NCBI GenBank assembly: GCA_044222185.1
Contig: JBGANV010000001.1
Span: forward strand, 1,024,001-1,088,000
Reading direction: 5' to 3'
DNA: 64,000 nt
From: Planctomycetota bacterium
GTDB lineage: Bacteria > Planctomycetota > GCA-002687715 > CAIWVZ01
In this document: in pieces, positions 1 to 10,524 of the stretch
Numbering within the stretch: position 1 is the first letter of the stretch
Layout of the letters: each line of letters begins with the position of its first letter
Notes under the pieces: generated by a model
The model's input: only the letters and a program-made list of their open reading frames with translations
Database searches by the model: none
Told to the model about the DNA's origin: nothing
Position numbers and translations under genes: made by a program

Positions 1-196
1 ACGGTTCGGCGCGGGCTCGGGGCCCACGGCCTGGTCCGTCGTCGTCGGGACGGGGAAACGAACGGCGGAATTCGACGCCGTCGAGTCCGCCGTGCTTCAG
101 ATCCTCGAGGTCACGCAGGGAGCCGAAGCGGTCGCGCGTCAGCGACGCCGCATCACTCCGTTCGCCGCGCCCCAGGCCGAATCACGATCGCGCTGA
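1..196 (+). CDS. 3' end of a hypothetical protein (starts left of window)
   Basis: Frame starting at nt 2 is open to TGA at 194-196 (…AVLQILEVTQGAEAVARQRRRITPFAAPQAESRSR*); GC-rich third positions; convergent with next gene. Confidence 0.55.
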   Translation, partial: RFGAGSGPTAWSVVVGTGKRTAEFDAVESAVLQILEVTQGAEAVARQRRRITPFAAPQAESRSR

Positions 197-201
197 CCGG
201 G

Positions 202-1998
202 TCAGGGGCCGATCGTGAGGTGCGACGCCGTCGCCTGCGACCGGACCTGGAGCGGTGACGTGCTCGGAATCGTCGCCAGGGCGAAGTCGATTCCAAAGCC
301 GATGAGCAGGGGATCGCTCGGTATCGCGAGCGTTGCGGTAGCGGCGCCGGTGCCGCTCAGCAGCCCCGCGAACTGCGAGAACGGCGGGAGGTTCCCCAGC
401 GCGATCGACGTGACGAAATCGGCGTTGATCGGGATCGTGCAGCCGCCGACCACCGTCCCTGGCGCCGTGCCCGAGATGCCCGTCGCGATCGCGTAGCCGT
501 GCGCGGCGTCGATCGGCGCCAGCGCCGTCAGCGTGGCGGTCGATCCGATGGACACGGTGGCTGGGACGGTCAGCGTGAGGAGGGGTGTCATGTTCACGTC
601 CAGGGTCGTCGTGCCGGTGCCGATCGCCACGGTCTGCACGGATGGGACGTACCCAGGTGCGGTGAACGTGATCGTGTATGTCCCCCCGGGCAGGAAGTCC
701 TGGTAGCGCCCGAATCGGGCTTCCGAGTTTCGAAGTTCACCCTGGGTGAACGTCAGCCCCGCGACAGTCCAGCTCGCCACGATCGGGGTTCCGGTGCACG
801 CATCGCGGATGTGGCCCTGCAGGGGCGTGGCGTGGTTCATGATCCAAGTCACGCCGCCAAAGGTGTTCGTCTTCTCGGTCGTCACTTCGGTGTAGGCCGG
901 CTGGAACGCGGTTCCGAGTTCGATCAGGAACGCGAACGCGCCGAAGTGATTCAGTTCCCACTGGTAGTGCTCACCCTCGGCCGACGGTTTGCGCGTGCTC
1001 GTGTAGTTGCAGGCCGCCGAAAGCGCTGCGGCCTGCCCCGCGTACCAGGATTCGAGCGGGGCCGGGAATGAGGAGCAAAGGTACGTGTAGAGCACCTCGC
1101 GTCCGTAGCTGTGGAAGTCGATCAGCTTCGCGAAATGGCGGTCCGTCGCGAAGTTGGTCATGACCTGGGATTCGATTTCCGACACGGCGCTCGGACCGCG
1201 ATAGGTCTCGTTCGAGAGGGAGGTCGACCCGGGGCAGCCGCCGTTCCACCCGAGCGCGTAATTGCGGTTCAGATCCACACCGATCCCGTTGCCGAAGTTG
1301 CGTCGGTTCTTGCGCCACATGTTGTTGGACGACCACACGTAGGCGTGGCCGTCCGGGTTCCACACGGGGACCATCCAGATCTCGTGGTTGTCGACCCACC
1401 CGGTGATCTGGGGGTTGGTGCCGTAGCCCGTGAGGATCCGGTTGATGTGGTCCATCACGACTTCACACGTGTTCAACTCGCGCGCATGGTGGCACGCGAC
1501 GAACAACACGTTCGGCTCGTCCTCGTTCACCGTGGGGTTGTCCGAGATCTTCAGGCCGAGAATCGGTCGACCCTCGAACGTGCCGCCCGTGAACCCGTAC
1601 TCCGCCGTCAGGTTGTGGAGCGTGCAGATCGACGGGTACGCCGCCGCGGCATTCTGGAGGAAGGCCGTGATCTGCGCCGGCGTCGCGTAGCCCGTCGGGA
1701 TGTCACCGGGATCGGCGAGACCGGCAGCGAGTGAGCTGAACGGCGCCGACGTGGCGATGAGCTCGGGCCAGAGTCCCAGTCCCGCGAGCTGTCCGGTCAC
1801 CGCGGCCCCGCCGATGACGTCCACGGTCTGCCCGGATCGATCATGTCCCGCGACGTCGAATCCGAGCGATTCGAGTTGGATCAACGCGGCCGGCACGTCC
1901 GCGACGGGCGTTCTTGCCTGGATGCTCTGGGCGACCGAGCCCGCGGCGCAGGTGAAGAGGATGGCGACGACGACGGACGGATGGCGTGGTGACTTCAC
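202..1998 (-). CDS. Secreted M14 zinc carboxypeptidase (carboxypeptidase T-like) with regulatory-like beta domain and C-terminal domain
   Basis: HHARE zinc motif, NPDG, WRKNRR, GVDLNRNY, YRGPS, DFHSYG; signal peptide; GTG start at 1998 with GAGGAG RBS. Confidence 0.9.
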   Translation of the reverse strand: MKSPRHPSVVVAILFTCAAGSVAQSIQARTPVADVPAALIQLESLGFDVAGHDRSGQTVDVIGGAAVTGQLAGLGLWPELIATSAPFSSLAAGLADPGDIPTGYATPAQITAFLQNAAAAYPSICTLHNLTAEYGFTGGTFEGRPILGLKISDNPTVNEDEPNVLFVACHHARELNTCEVVMDHINRILTGYGTNPQITGWVDNHEIWMVPVWNPDGHAYVWSSNNMWRKNRRNFGNGIGVDLNRNYALGWNGGCPGSTSLSNETYRGPSAVSEIESQVMTNFATDRHFAKLIDFHSYGREVLYTYLCSSFPAPLESWYAGQAAALSAACNYTSTRKPSAEGEHYQWELNHFGAFAFLIELGTAFQPAYTEVTTEKTNTFGGVTWIMNHATPLQGHIRDACTGTPIVASWTVAGLTFTQGELRNSEARFGRYQDFLPGGTYTITFTAPGYVPSVQTVAIGTGTTTLDVNMTPLLTLTVPATVSIGSTATLTALAPIDAAHGYAIATGISGTAPGTVVGGCTIPINADFVTSIALGNLPPFSQFAGLLSGTGAATATLAIPSDPLLIGFGIDFALATIPSTSPLQVRSQATASHLTIGP

Positions 1999-2139
1999 GA
2001 ATGCGGCTCCTCGACAAGGGGGCATGAGTCGGAGGCGAGCCTACCCGCAAGGAGTCCTCGCGGCCATCGGAAGACGACGCTAAAAAGGGCCGCCAGCGCG
2101 CCCCGAGGGGTGCGCCCGCTGCAGGGAGCAGGAGAAGCC

Positions 2140-3249
2140 ATGTCGAAGAAGACCGTCGCGCTGATGACAGGTGGTGGGGACGCCCCGGGGCTCAACGCGG
2201 TCATTCGCGCAGTGGTGAAGCGTGGAGTGACGGTCCACGGCTGGCGCGTCCTGGGAATCAAACACTCGTTCGATGGACTGTTCACCGGCCCGACCGGGGT
2301 CGTCGACCTGGGGCGTGAGCAGGTTCGCGGCATCCTCCGGTTCGGCGGCACGATCCTGGGGACGACGAACTCGGGCGATCCGTTCGCCTACCGCCGCGAC
2401 GGCGACGCGCCGAAGGACGTCAGCCGCGAGGTCGTCTCTCGGCTCGACTCGCTGGGGTGCGAAGGGATCATCGGCATCGGTGGTGACGGCACCATGGGCA
2501 TCTGTGCACAGCTGATGGTCAAGCACGGCCTGCGGGTCGTCGGCGTTCCGAAGACGATCGACAACGACATCCGTGCGACCGAGGAGTGCTTCGGATTCGA
2601 CACCGCGGTCGAATACGCGTGCGATGCCGTGGACCGGCTGCACAGCACCGCCGAGTCCCACGATCGTGTCATGGTGGTCGAGGTCATGGGCCGCCACGCC
2701 GGCTGGATCGCACTGGCAGCCGGGGTCGCAGGTGGCGCTGACGCCATCCTCATTCCAGAGATCCCGTTCCACCTCGAGCCGGTCGTGGCCAAGATCTTCC
2801 GGCGCAAGGCCGTGTCGCGCGGCTTCTCCATCGTCGTCGTCGCCGAGGGCGCCGTGCCGGCGGGTGGCCGCGCGTTCCACGAGCTCGACCCGTCAGGCGG
2901 GCAACTCAAGCTGGGAGGCGTGGGGCGATACATCGCGCAGGAAATCGCCCGACTCACGGCGATCGAGACCCGCTACACGGTGCTGGGACACCTGCTCCGC
3001 GGCGGATCCCCCACCGCGCACGATCGGCTCCTCGCGACGCGCTTCGGGAACCATGCGGTGCAGCTCGTGCACGAGGGCCGGTGGGGTCGCATGGCTGCCG
3101 TCGTCGGCGGGAAGATGACGGACGTCCCGCTCCAGGACGTGGCCGGCGGCAGCCGGTCGGTCGATCCCAACGGGGACCTGGTGCAAGCGGCACGTGGCCT
3201 GGGAATCGTCCTCGGCGACGAACTCGTCGAAGAGTACGTCCGCGAGTGA
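2140..3249 (+). CDS. pfkA: 6-phosphofructokinase (ATP-type GGDGT motif)
   Basis: TGGGDAPGLN, GGTILGT, GGDGT, PKTIDND, EVMGRHAGWIA, LGHLLRGG; AGGAG RBS before ATG 2140. Confidence 0.95.
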   Translation: MSKKTVALMTGGGDAPGLNAVIRAVVKRGVTVHGWRVLGIKHSFDGLFTGPTGVVDLGREQVRGILRFGGTILGTTNSGDPFAYRRDGDAPKDVSREVVSRLDSLGCEGIIGIGGDGTMGICAQLMVKHGLRVVGVPKTIDNDIRATEECFGFDTAVEYACDAVDRLHSTAESHDRVMVVEVMGRHAGWIALAAGVAGGADAILIPEIPFHLEPVVAKIFRRKAVSRGFSIVVVAEGAVPAGGRAFHELDPSGGQLKLGGVGRYIAQEIARLTAIETRYTVLGHLLRGGSPTAHDRLLATRFGNHAVQLVHEGRWGRMAAVVGGKMTDVPLQDVAGGSRSVDPNGDLVQAARGLGIVLGDELVEEYVRE

Positions 3250-3324
3250 CCCCGTACGGGCCGCAGCTTCCTGGCCGCGTCCCTGGCGGCTACCTTCTGC
3301 CCCTCACCGCGGGAGTCCCACGCC

Positions 3325-3852
3325 TTGAAGTGCGAAATCACAAAGATCAAGAAGCACGCGATCATCCAGGACCAGTGCGGTCCCGAAAAAGGACAGATCG
3401 CCGGCGTCGTCATCAAGAAGCTCACGTCGTGGCCCGACGACCGCGGGCACTTCGCCGAGATCTTCCGCGACGGTGAGGACGTGGCGAAGGACTTCGCCAT
3501 CAGGCAGTCCTCGATCACGATGACGCGGGCCAGCACGATCAAGGCGTTCCACTATCACGCCGAACAGAGCGACATCTTCGTTCCCGTCGTCGGTCACATC
3601 CGCATCGCGCTCGTCGACTTCCGCGTCGACTCCCCCACCTTCGGCGTCGCCAACTCGATCTTCTGCGGCCACCTGTATCTGAAGGCGGTCCGCATCCCCA
3701 AGGGCGTGGCCCACGGCTACGAAGTCCTCGGAAGCGAGGACATGACGATGGTCTACTACACCGACCAGCACTACAACCCGAAGGACGAGTTCCGGGCCCG
3801 CTACGACGACCCGGCAATCGGCTGGACCTGGTGGGGAATCGACCACCGCTGA
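3325..3852 (+). CDS. dTDP-4-dehydrorhamnose 3,5-epimerase family (RmlC-like cupin)
   Basis: [44 protein letters not shown] motifs; TTG start uncertain. Confidence 0.85.
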   Translation: MKCEITKIKKHAIIQDQCGPEKGQIAGVVIKKLTSWPDDRGHFAEIFRDGEDVAKDFAIRQSSITMTRASTIKAFHYHAEQSDIFVPVVGHIRIALVDFRVDSPTFGVANSIFCGHLYLKAVRIPKGVAHGYEVLGSEDMTMVYYTDQHYNPKDEFRARYDDPAIGWTWWGIDHR

Positions 3853-3943
3853 GCCGCTCCCCCCGTGGCCAGCGGAAAGTCCGCGGCCGCGGGCCCCTTT
3901 CCGTTCATTGCCGCCGCAAATACGGCCGATATCATCGCCAGTC

Positions 3944-5272
3944 ATGAACCCTCCAGTCGCAAATGCCACGTTCACGGACTTCAAGGTCGCCGACATCGGC
4001 CTGGCGGATGCCGGGCGCAAGGAGATCCAGCTCTCCGAGCCTGAAATGCCAGGCCTGATGGCACTTCGGGCCAAGTACGGCCAGAAGAAGCCGCTGAAGG
4101 GCGCGCGCATCGCGGGCTGCCTTCACATGACGATCGAGACCGCCATCCTCATCGAGACGCTCACCGAGCTGGGCGCCGAGGTGCGGTGGTCTTCGTGCAA
4201 CATCTTCTCCACGGAGGACCACGCGGCCGCAGCCGTCGCGGCGCGCGGAACCCCCGTCTTCGCCTGGAAGAACGAGACCCTCGAGCAGTACGACTGGTGC
4301 ATCGAGGAGACTCTCCGATTCTCCGGCGGCAAGGGCCCGAACCTCATCCTGGACGACGGCGGTGACCTCACCTGGCTCGTCCACGACAAATTCCCGCACC
4401 TGCTGAAGGACATCGTCGGGCTCTCCGAGGAGACGACGACGGGCGTGCACCGCCTCTACCAGGCGCACCAGACCGGCAAGCTCAAGGTGCCGGCGATCAA
4501 CGTCAACGATTCCGTCACGAAGTCGAAGTTCGACAACCTCTACGGCTGCCGCGAGTCTTTGGCGGACGGTCTGAAGCGCGCCACGGGCGTCATGGTCGCA
4601 GGCAAGGTCGTCGTCGTCGCGGGTTATGGCGACGTCGGCAAGGGCTGCTGCCAGTCGATGCGCGGATTCGGCGCGCGCGTCCTCGTCACTGAGATCGACC
4701 CCATCTGCGCGCTCCAAGCCGCCATGGAAGGGTTCGAGGTCGTGACGATGGAAGAGGCCGCCAAGATCGGCGACATCTTCGTCTCCTCCACCGGCTGCTG
4801 CGACGTCATCCGTGGCGAGCACATGCTGGCGATGAAGGACAACGCCATCGTCTGCAACATCGGACACTTCGACATCGAGATCGACGTCAAGTGGCTCGAG
4901 ACGACGAAGGGCGTGCGCGAGGAAAACATCAAGCCGCAGGTCGATCGGTTCTTCCTGCCGAACGGACGCTCGATCGTCCTCCTCGCGCGCGGCCGTCTGA
5001 TGAACCTCGGATGCGCCACGGGCCACCCGTCGTTCGTCATGAGCACGTCGTTCACGAACCAGGTCCTCGCGCAGCTGGCCCTCTGGGAGCGCCGCTCCAG
5101 CGATCCGTTTGCGCTCGGCGTGCACACGCTGCCGAAGCACCTGGACGAGGAGGTCGCGCGCCTCCACATCGGCAAGCTCGGCGTGAAGCTCACGACCCTG
5201 ACCGACAATCAGGCGAAGTACCTGGGCATCGCCAAGGACGGGCCGTACAAGCCCTCGGCGTACCGGTACTGA
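3944..5272 (+). CDS. ahcY: Adenosylhomocysteinase (SAH hydrolase)
   Basis: [59 protein letters not shown]-terminal YRY. Confidence 0.97.
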   Translation: MNPPVANATFTDFKVADIGLADAGRKEIQLSEPEMPGLMALRAKYGQKKPLKGARIAGCLHMTIETAILIETLTELGAEVRWSSCNIFSTEDHAAAAVAARGTPVFAWKNETLEQYDWCIEETLRFSGGKGPNLILDDGGDLTWLVHDKFPHLLKDIVGLSEETTTGVHRLYQAHQTGKLKVPAINVNDSVTKSKFDNLYGCRESLADGLKRATGVMVAGKVVVVAGYGDVGKGCCQSMRGFGARVLVTEIDPICALQAAMEGFEVVTMEEAAKIGDIFVSSTGCCDVIRGEHMLAMKDNAIVCNIGHFDIEIDVKWLETTKGVREENIKPQVDRFFLPNGRSIVLLARGRLMNLGCATGHPSFVMSTSFTNQVLAQLALWERRSSDPFALGVHTLPKHLDEEVARLHIGKLGVKLTTLTDNQAKYLGIAKDGPYKPSAYRY

Positions 5273-5285
5273 TCGCCCGGCTTCC

Positions 5286-6140
5286 TCAGCACCCGTGCAG
5301 TTCGAGCGGGTGCTCCCGAACCAGGATCTCCGCAGCGCGCCGAACCTCGTCATCGACGGCGCCATGGGGCGGTCGCACGACGGTCGAGCACCATCCCGCC
5401 ACCGCCAGCGCCGCCTTCAGCCCCCGCACGCCGAAGCGCGACGCGAATGCGATCCCCGCCTCCCATGCAGGCACGGATTCAGCGAAGTCGGTCGCATGCA
5501 GGAGCGAGGCCGTCCGCGGATAGAGATTCGCGAGCCCGACGACCGCTCCACCCACGCTGCTGCCGAGCCGCTCCAAGAGCTTTGGGCTGCCGACCAGTAC
5601 GGATGGCCCCAGCGCGCGCGCCTGTCCTTCGTCGCCCGAGCTGTCCTTGACGCCGACGACGTTTGCGAGCGAGAGCAGCCTTTGGATTCGATCGAGTCCG
5701 AGCGATGGCTGTCCGATCGTCGGATTCTCGTAGAGGTACACGGGAAGCCGGGAGCTTGGCGCTGCGCTGCGGAGGAACGCCTCGGCATCCTCCGGAGTGG
5801 AACCGATCACCGGTCCCAGCAGCAGGCTGTCCGCGCCTGCGTCCTTCGCGCGCGCCGTGACCTCCGCAACGTCCGCCGCCGTCGCCACGCGGAACCCGAC
5901 GATCAGGCCGCGCTCGTCGGTCCCCAACCCTTCCCGCGTCGCCCGCACCAGTTGAACGGTCTCGTCGAGCGAGAGACTCATCGCTTCGCCCGTCGTTCCG
6001 CCGATGAGGAATCCAAGCCCGCTGGCATGCGCGTGTGCGCGAACCAGTGACTTCAGCGCCGCCAAGTCGACTGCGCCCTGCGACGTGAAGGGCGTGACGA
6101 GGGCGACGTAGACCGACGGGTGCGGAAGGTGTGACGGCAT
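5286..6140 (-). CDS. Dihydrodipicolinate synthase (DapA/NAL) family class I aldolase
   Basis: ALVTPF, GGTTGE, YLYENP, Schiff-base VGVKDSSG. Confidence 0.85.
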   Translation of the reverse strand: MPSHLPHPSVYVALVTPFTSQGAVDLAALKSLVRAHAHASGLGFLIGGTTGEAMSLSLDETVQLVRATREGLGTDERGLIVGFRVATAADVAEVTARAKDAGADSLLLGPVIGSTPEDAEAFLRSAAPSSRLPVYLYENPTIGQPSLGLDRIQRLLSLANVVGVKDSSGDEGQARALGPSVLVGSPKLLERLGSSVGGAVVGLANLYPRTASLLHATDFAESVPAWEAGIAFASRFGVRGLKAALAVAGWCSTVVRPPHGAVDDEVRRAAEILVREHPLELHGC

Positions 6141-6256
6141 GGTCGTGGGCTCCATCTTGCGAGGTCGTGTCCACGAGCCCGCCTCGCGGCGTATCCTACC
6201 GCGCGCCGTCCACGGCCATCCCCATGCGGTGCCCTCGCGCCGCCGGCGCAACGCCG

Positions 6257-8809
6257 TCAGTCGAAGATCGTCGTGTCGAACCCGTTCGTCAGCGTCGTGC
6301 CGACGAGTCCCTGCCAAGACAGCGTGACCCCCGACAACGCTGGAATGTTGGGCACCGTGGCGAGGAAGGCGGCCCTCCGGGTCGAGGGCATGAACCCCGT
6401 GGCGAACACGACCGCCGCGTTCGGATCGAGAAACAGCACGCCGAACGGCGGAAGCGGCGTTCGAGGAGCTCCCGTCGCGGACGCAGCGAGAAGCCAGCTT
6501 GCGCCCACGTCACCGAAGACCGCGAGCGAGGCCAGGCTCCCACGCGTGAGCAGCGTCGATCGTCCCGCATGTCTCGTGAGGTTCGAGTAGATCGCCGGTG
6601 TCGAAGGCGGCCCTGAATCCGGAAGCATCACGTCCGAGTCGCCGTCGCTGTCCAGGTCGCCGACGAACGGCCGCGTCGCCCCGTTGAACACGATCGGCGC
6701 CGCTGGCGGATGGCCGACGAAGACCTGGGCTGCGCCGAATGAACCCGCGCCGTTCCCCTGCGACCACGACCCGGCGCCGTCCACGAGATCCAGAGCCCCG
6801 TCGCCGTCGACGTCCGCAAGCGCAATCGACCCGATCGGCACCGCGTGTGTCCCGCCTGGTGAATACGTCCCCGCTCCTCGCAGCCAGGTCTGCGAACCGA
6901 GGACGAGGTCGACGAGGCCATCGGCGTTCAGGTCTCCGACCGCGACCGTCGTCGCAAGGACGCCCGGAAACGCCGGGGCCGCTGCGAACAGGCCGAACCC
7001 GTTGTTGAGGTAGAGCCGCGGCGGTCCGCCGCCGCCGGCGAGGGCGCGCGTCGCCGCCAGGATGTCCACGTCCCCGTCCGGCTCGGCGTCGAACGCAACG
7101 AGCTCGGAGATGAACTCGGGCACACCGAACGCGACGACCGGGCCATACGTCCACGTCGACCCCGTGAAGTTGGCGCGGATGGTGACGGGAGAGCTGAAGA
7201 TCGCCGGGAACGGGGAAATGGGGGCGCGAGCTTCGACGACGTCCAGATCGAGGTCGCCGTCGATGTCGCAGAGAACCGCGGCCGTGGCGGGTGCCGTCGA
7301 CGTCACGGACGCGCCCTGCGTGAACACTCCCGCGCCATCGTTGATGAGGGTCACGTCAGTGCTCGCGAGCGTGGACAGGGAAGCGACCCAGAGGTCCGAA
7401 TCTCCGTCCAGGTCCAGGTCGCCCCACACCGGAAGGCCTGTCGAGAGACTTGCGAATGTCCCCGCGGCGACCGGCGGCGCCAGGAATCCTCCCCGTCCGT
7501 CGTTTCTGCGACTCGCAAGACTGATCAGGCCTCCGGCGGGCGTGAAGGAAAGGAGATCGACGTCTCCGTCACCGTCCACGTCCTGGGGTGTCACCGAGGG
7601 TGAAGGAAGGCCGTACGCGAGCGACTGCGGGACGAATGCGAATCCGGCCGTTCCACGGTTGACGATGAGCGTCGGGACGTTGCGGCCCGGCGCGAGGGCG
7701 ACGTCCACGTCCCCGTCGCCGTCGAAGTCGGCCGCCGCCATCCCAGGGAACGGCGCCGGGTTGCCGTAGCCGAAACTGATCGCGGCGAGCGAGGTCGCAG
7801 GCGCGAGGCCAGACGGGACTCCGCGCTGGAGCACCAGACTGCCGTCCGTACCACCGGAAACACCGACGACGCTCCGCACCAGGTCGGCGCGTGCGTCGCC
7901 GTCGAGATCTGCGGCGATCGCCGGCGCGCCCAGGATCCCGGACGGGAACGTAGCTCCCGGAAGCAGTCCGCCCGCCGAGCCCCGATGCAAGATCGAGAGC
8001 CCGCCGACATCGGTCACGAACACGTCGGACTTTCCGTCCCCATCGAAGTCTCCGACGACGCCGGAATCTGCAGTCACGGATGCGACCGACTGCGTGGGCC
8101 CGAAGACCCCGCCGCCCAGGTTCATCCGAACGAGTGCGATCCCGCCGGGCGCGCTTCCCACGGCGTCCGTCAGGCCGTCGCCGTTGAAGTCCCCCGCGCC
8201 GATCCAGGACAGGGACGTGGACATCGTGCTCCATTGCGTCGTCGAGGCGAGCGCGAACGAGCCGGTGCCATCGTTCGTGAGGAGTTGCCAGACGGCCGAT
8301 GCGACGGCGCTCGTGTCGGCCACCAGAACGTCCGGGTCGCCGTCCTGGTCGAAATCGGCGACGGCCAGCTCGTTGCGCGACGCGATCCCCGCAACCGCGG
8401 TGAACGCCGTCGCCGCGACGAGGAACGTCGAGCCGCCGGCCGGAGGCGCGAGATGGAGGGCCCCACCGGCGGGCGCCCCACCCGCTCGCCCGATGAGCAC
8501 GTCGACGCGACCGTCACCGTTGAAGTCGGCCAGCGCGACGGCGCGAATGTTGACGGCCGGCGAGAAGCTCGACGGCATTCGGGGGCCGGCCGTGAAGTGG
8601 CCTCCCTCGTTCAGGTACACCCCCGTCGTCGAGAAGAGGTCCACGTCGCCATCGCCCTCGAAATCGGCGGAGCCCATCACGGCGCCGACGCCGCTCGGGA
8701 TCGGATCGCCGACCTCGGCGAGGCGCGGCGCCTGCCCCCAGCCGGCCCCGCAAAACGCGATGGACGCGACGAGCGCGAGCGCGGAATGCGAGGAGAGTCG
8801 ATGGTCCAT
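6257..8809 (-). CDS. Secreted FG-GAP/VCBS repeat protein with C-terminal domain
   Basis: More than ten DxDGDGDxD-type repeats (DFNGDGRVD, DFDQDGDPD, DLDGDARAD, DVDGDGDVD…); signal peptide from ATG 8809. Confidence 0.9.
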   Translation of the reverse strand: MDHRLSSHSALALVASIAFCGAGWGQAPRLAEVGDPIPSGVGAVMGSADFEGDGDVDLFSTTGVYLNEGGHFTAGPRMPSSFSPAVNIRAVALADFNGDGRVDVLIGRAGGAPAGGALHLAPPAGGSTFLVAATAFTAVAGIASRNELAVADFDQDGDPDVLVADTSAVASAVWQLLTNDGTGSFALASTTQWSTMSTSLSWIGAGDFNGDGLTDAVGSAPGGIALVRMNLGGGVFGPTQSVASVTADSGVVGDFDGDGKSDVFVTDVGGLSILHRGSAGGLLPGATFPSGILGAPAIAADLDGDARADLVRSVVGVSGGTDGSLVLQRGVPSGLAPATSLAAISFGYGNPAPFPGMAAADFDGDGDVDVALAPGRNVPTLIVNRGTAGFAFVPQSLAYGLPSPSVTPQDVDGDGDVDLLSFTPAGGLISLASRRNDGRGGFLAPPVAAGTFASLSTGLPVWGDLDLDGDSDLWVASLSTLASTDVTLINDGAGVFTQGASVTSTAPATAAVLCDIDGDLDLDVVEARAPISPFPAIFSSPVTIRANFTGSTWTYGPVVAFGVPEFISELVAFDAEPDGDVDILAATRALAGGGGPPRLYLNNGFGLFAAAPAFPGVLATTVAVGDLNADGLVDLVLGSQTWLRGAGTYSPGGTHAVPIGSIALADVDGDGALDLVDGAGSWSQGNGAGSFGAAQVFVGHPPAAPIVFNGATRPFVGDLDSDGDSDVMLPDSGPPSTPAIYSNLTRHAGRSTLLTRGSLASLAVFGDVGASWLLAASATGAPRTPLPPFGVLFLDPNAAVVFATGFMPSTRRAAFLATVPNIPALSGVTLSWQGLVGTTLTNGFDTTIFD

Positions 8810-9150
8810 GGCCCGGGGATCATACTCCTGGGGTGGTTCGGAGTGCGGCCCGTCATCCGCGCTCACACGGATCCAGGTTGGCGGACTCCCTGCACCTGAG
8901 CGAAGGACGCCTGGCAGGCATGTTCCGCGCGAACCGGTGGCGCCAGAGCGGCGATCCAAAGGGCCGTCGCGCTGCGCCGAAACTGGAGCCGAACGACCCG
9001 TCCAGGGCGCCACCCAACTCCGCGACCTCGCGTGCTTGCGCCGTGACCGCGTGGCGTCTCTAATACCGCCACGAGTCGCCGGAAACGCGGTTTCAGTCCA
9101 CGAGGACGCGCCCCGACGCCCCGGCCGGCGGATCTCGACGGGAGCCATCC

Positions 9151-10164
9151 ATGAATCGTGCCTTTGCGGTCGTCTGCGTTCTCTTCGTTGCAGGATTCGC
9201 GTCCAGCGGAACGGTCGCCCAGGACTCGAAACCGGCGGCGAAGCCAAAGCCCAAGGTCTACGACGAGAAGGCCGACGCGAAGGTCGACATCGCGGCCGCG
9301 GTCACCCGCGCAGCCGCCGACAACAAGCGCGTCCTCGTCGTATTCGGTGCCAACTGGTGCGGCTGGTGCGTGCTTCTCTCCGACATGTTCAAGTCGAATC
9401 CGGACATCGCGAAGACGCTCAACTACGAGTACGAAGTCGTGAAGGTCGACGTGGGTCAGTTCGACAAGTTCACGGACATCACGACGGCGTACGGATGTGA
9501 GTTGAAGCAGCACGGGATTCCGTACCTCACGGTGCTCGACGCCGCCGGCAAGGTGCTCACGAACCAGGACACAGGCTCACTGGAAGCCGGCCCGAAACAT
9601 GACCCCGCGAAGGTGGTGGCGTTCCTCGACAAGTGGAAGGCCCCGCCGCTCGATGCCGAGGAGGTGCTCAAGGCCGCCCTGGCGCGCGCAGCGAAGGAGA
9701 AGAAGAAGGTCATGCTCCACTTCGGAGCGCCCTGGTGCGGCTGGTGTCATCGCTTCGAGGAGTTCTTCGCCCGCCCCGAGCCGGCCGCGATCATGGCGAC
9801 GGACTTCCTGATGGTGAAGGTCGACGAGGACCGCATGACTCACGGGAAGGACGTCGAGATGCGCTTCCGGAAGGGTCGCGGCGGAATCCCATGGACGGTC
9901 GTCCTCAGTGAGACATCCGAGATTCTTGGTGTGTCCGAGGACGCGACGGGCAAGAACATCGGTCACCCCTGGGAACCGGCCGAGGTCGACGTGTTCATCG
10001 CGCTCCTGAAGAAGAACGCCCAGGCGACGACGGCGGATCAGATCGAGAGGCTGAAGACCTTGCTTCTCGCACAACGCGCGGAGGCGACCCCCCCCCCCCC
10101 GACGCTCACGACCGATCCAAATGGAGGCGGCGGGAATCGAACCCGCGTCCCGAGATGGTCTTGA
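9151..10164 (+). CDS. Exported tandem thioredoxin-fold protein (two WCGWC active sites)
   Basis: Signal peptide; FGANWCGWC and FGAPWCGWC; GIPY and GIPW cis-Pro loops; 3' end uncertain (C13 run, overlaps tmRNA antisense). Confidence 0.88.
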   Translation: MNRAFAVVCVLFVAGFASSGTVAQDSKPAAKPKPKVYDEKADAKVDIAAAVTRAAADNKRVLVVFGANWCGWCVLLSDMFKSNPDIAKTLNYEYEVVKVDVGQFDKFTDITTAYGCELKQHGIPYLTVLDAAGKVLTNQDTGSLEAGPKHDPAKVVAFLDKWKAPPLDAEEVLKAALARAAKEKKKVMLHFGAPWCGWCHRFEEFFARPEPAAIMATDFLMVKVDEDRMTHGKDVEMRFRKGRGGIPWTVVLSETSEILGVSEDATGKNIGHPWEPAEVDVFIALLKKNAQATTADQIERLKTLLLAQRAEATPPPPTLTTDPNGGGGNRTRVPRWS

Positions 10165-10473
10165 TGATGCTTCTACGCGCGTAGTCGGCGGTTTGGTGTC
10201 GGCTCTCTAGCTCCCACCGACGGGATCATCGAGCGCCCATCCAGTCCGTTTCTCACTCGCATCGTCACTGACGGGAGTTTGCGAGCCAGCCCGCAGTTGT
10301 TCGTCTCCCCGGACCCGCGGGCGAAGTCCGGCTCGACGGGTCACCTGAAATCAGGCGGCCAGAGCGTAGTTGTTATTCGCAACTATCGTTTTCCACGGTG
10401 TTTTGAGAGGCCTCCGTGGAACCTCTGCGCGCCACACCATCTCGAACCGATCCGGTCGAAACCGATCGCCCCC
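10122..10473 (-). ncRNA. ssrA: tmRNA, tag (A)ANNNYALAA
   Basis: 5' GGGGGCG pairs with 3' CGCCTCC-A including G3:U; T-arm GCGGGTTCGATTCCCGC; tag ORF GCG AAT AAC AAC TAC GCT CTG GCC GCC TGA at 10351-10380; directly downstream of smpB. Confidence 0.97.
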
Positions 10474-10524
10474 GAGATTCGAACGTGAGTTTATACGGCG
10501 CCGCGAGCCCGGCGCCAGGGTGGG

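Noticed and set aside
3853-3943. Possible SAH riboswitch upstream of ahcY
   Set aside because: Could not find the GAGGAGCGCTGC…AGGCTC core; only a GC-rich spacer
9219-9230. 12-nt match (CCAGGACTCGAA) to the reverse complement of the tRNA-Lys T-arm, a possible att site
   Set aside because: Short, inverted, inside a CDS and on the wrong side of the integrase; consistent with chance
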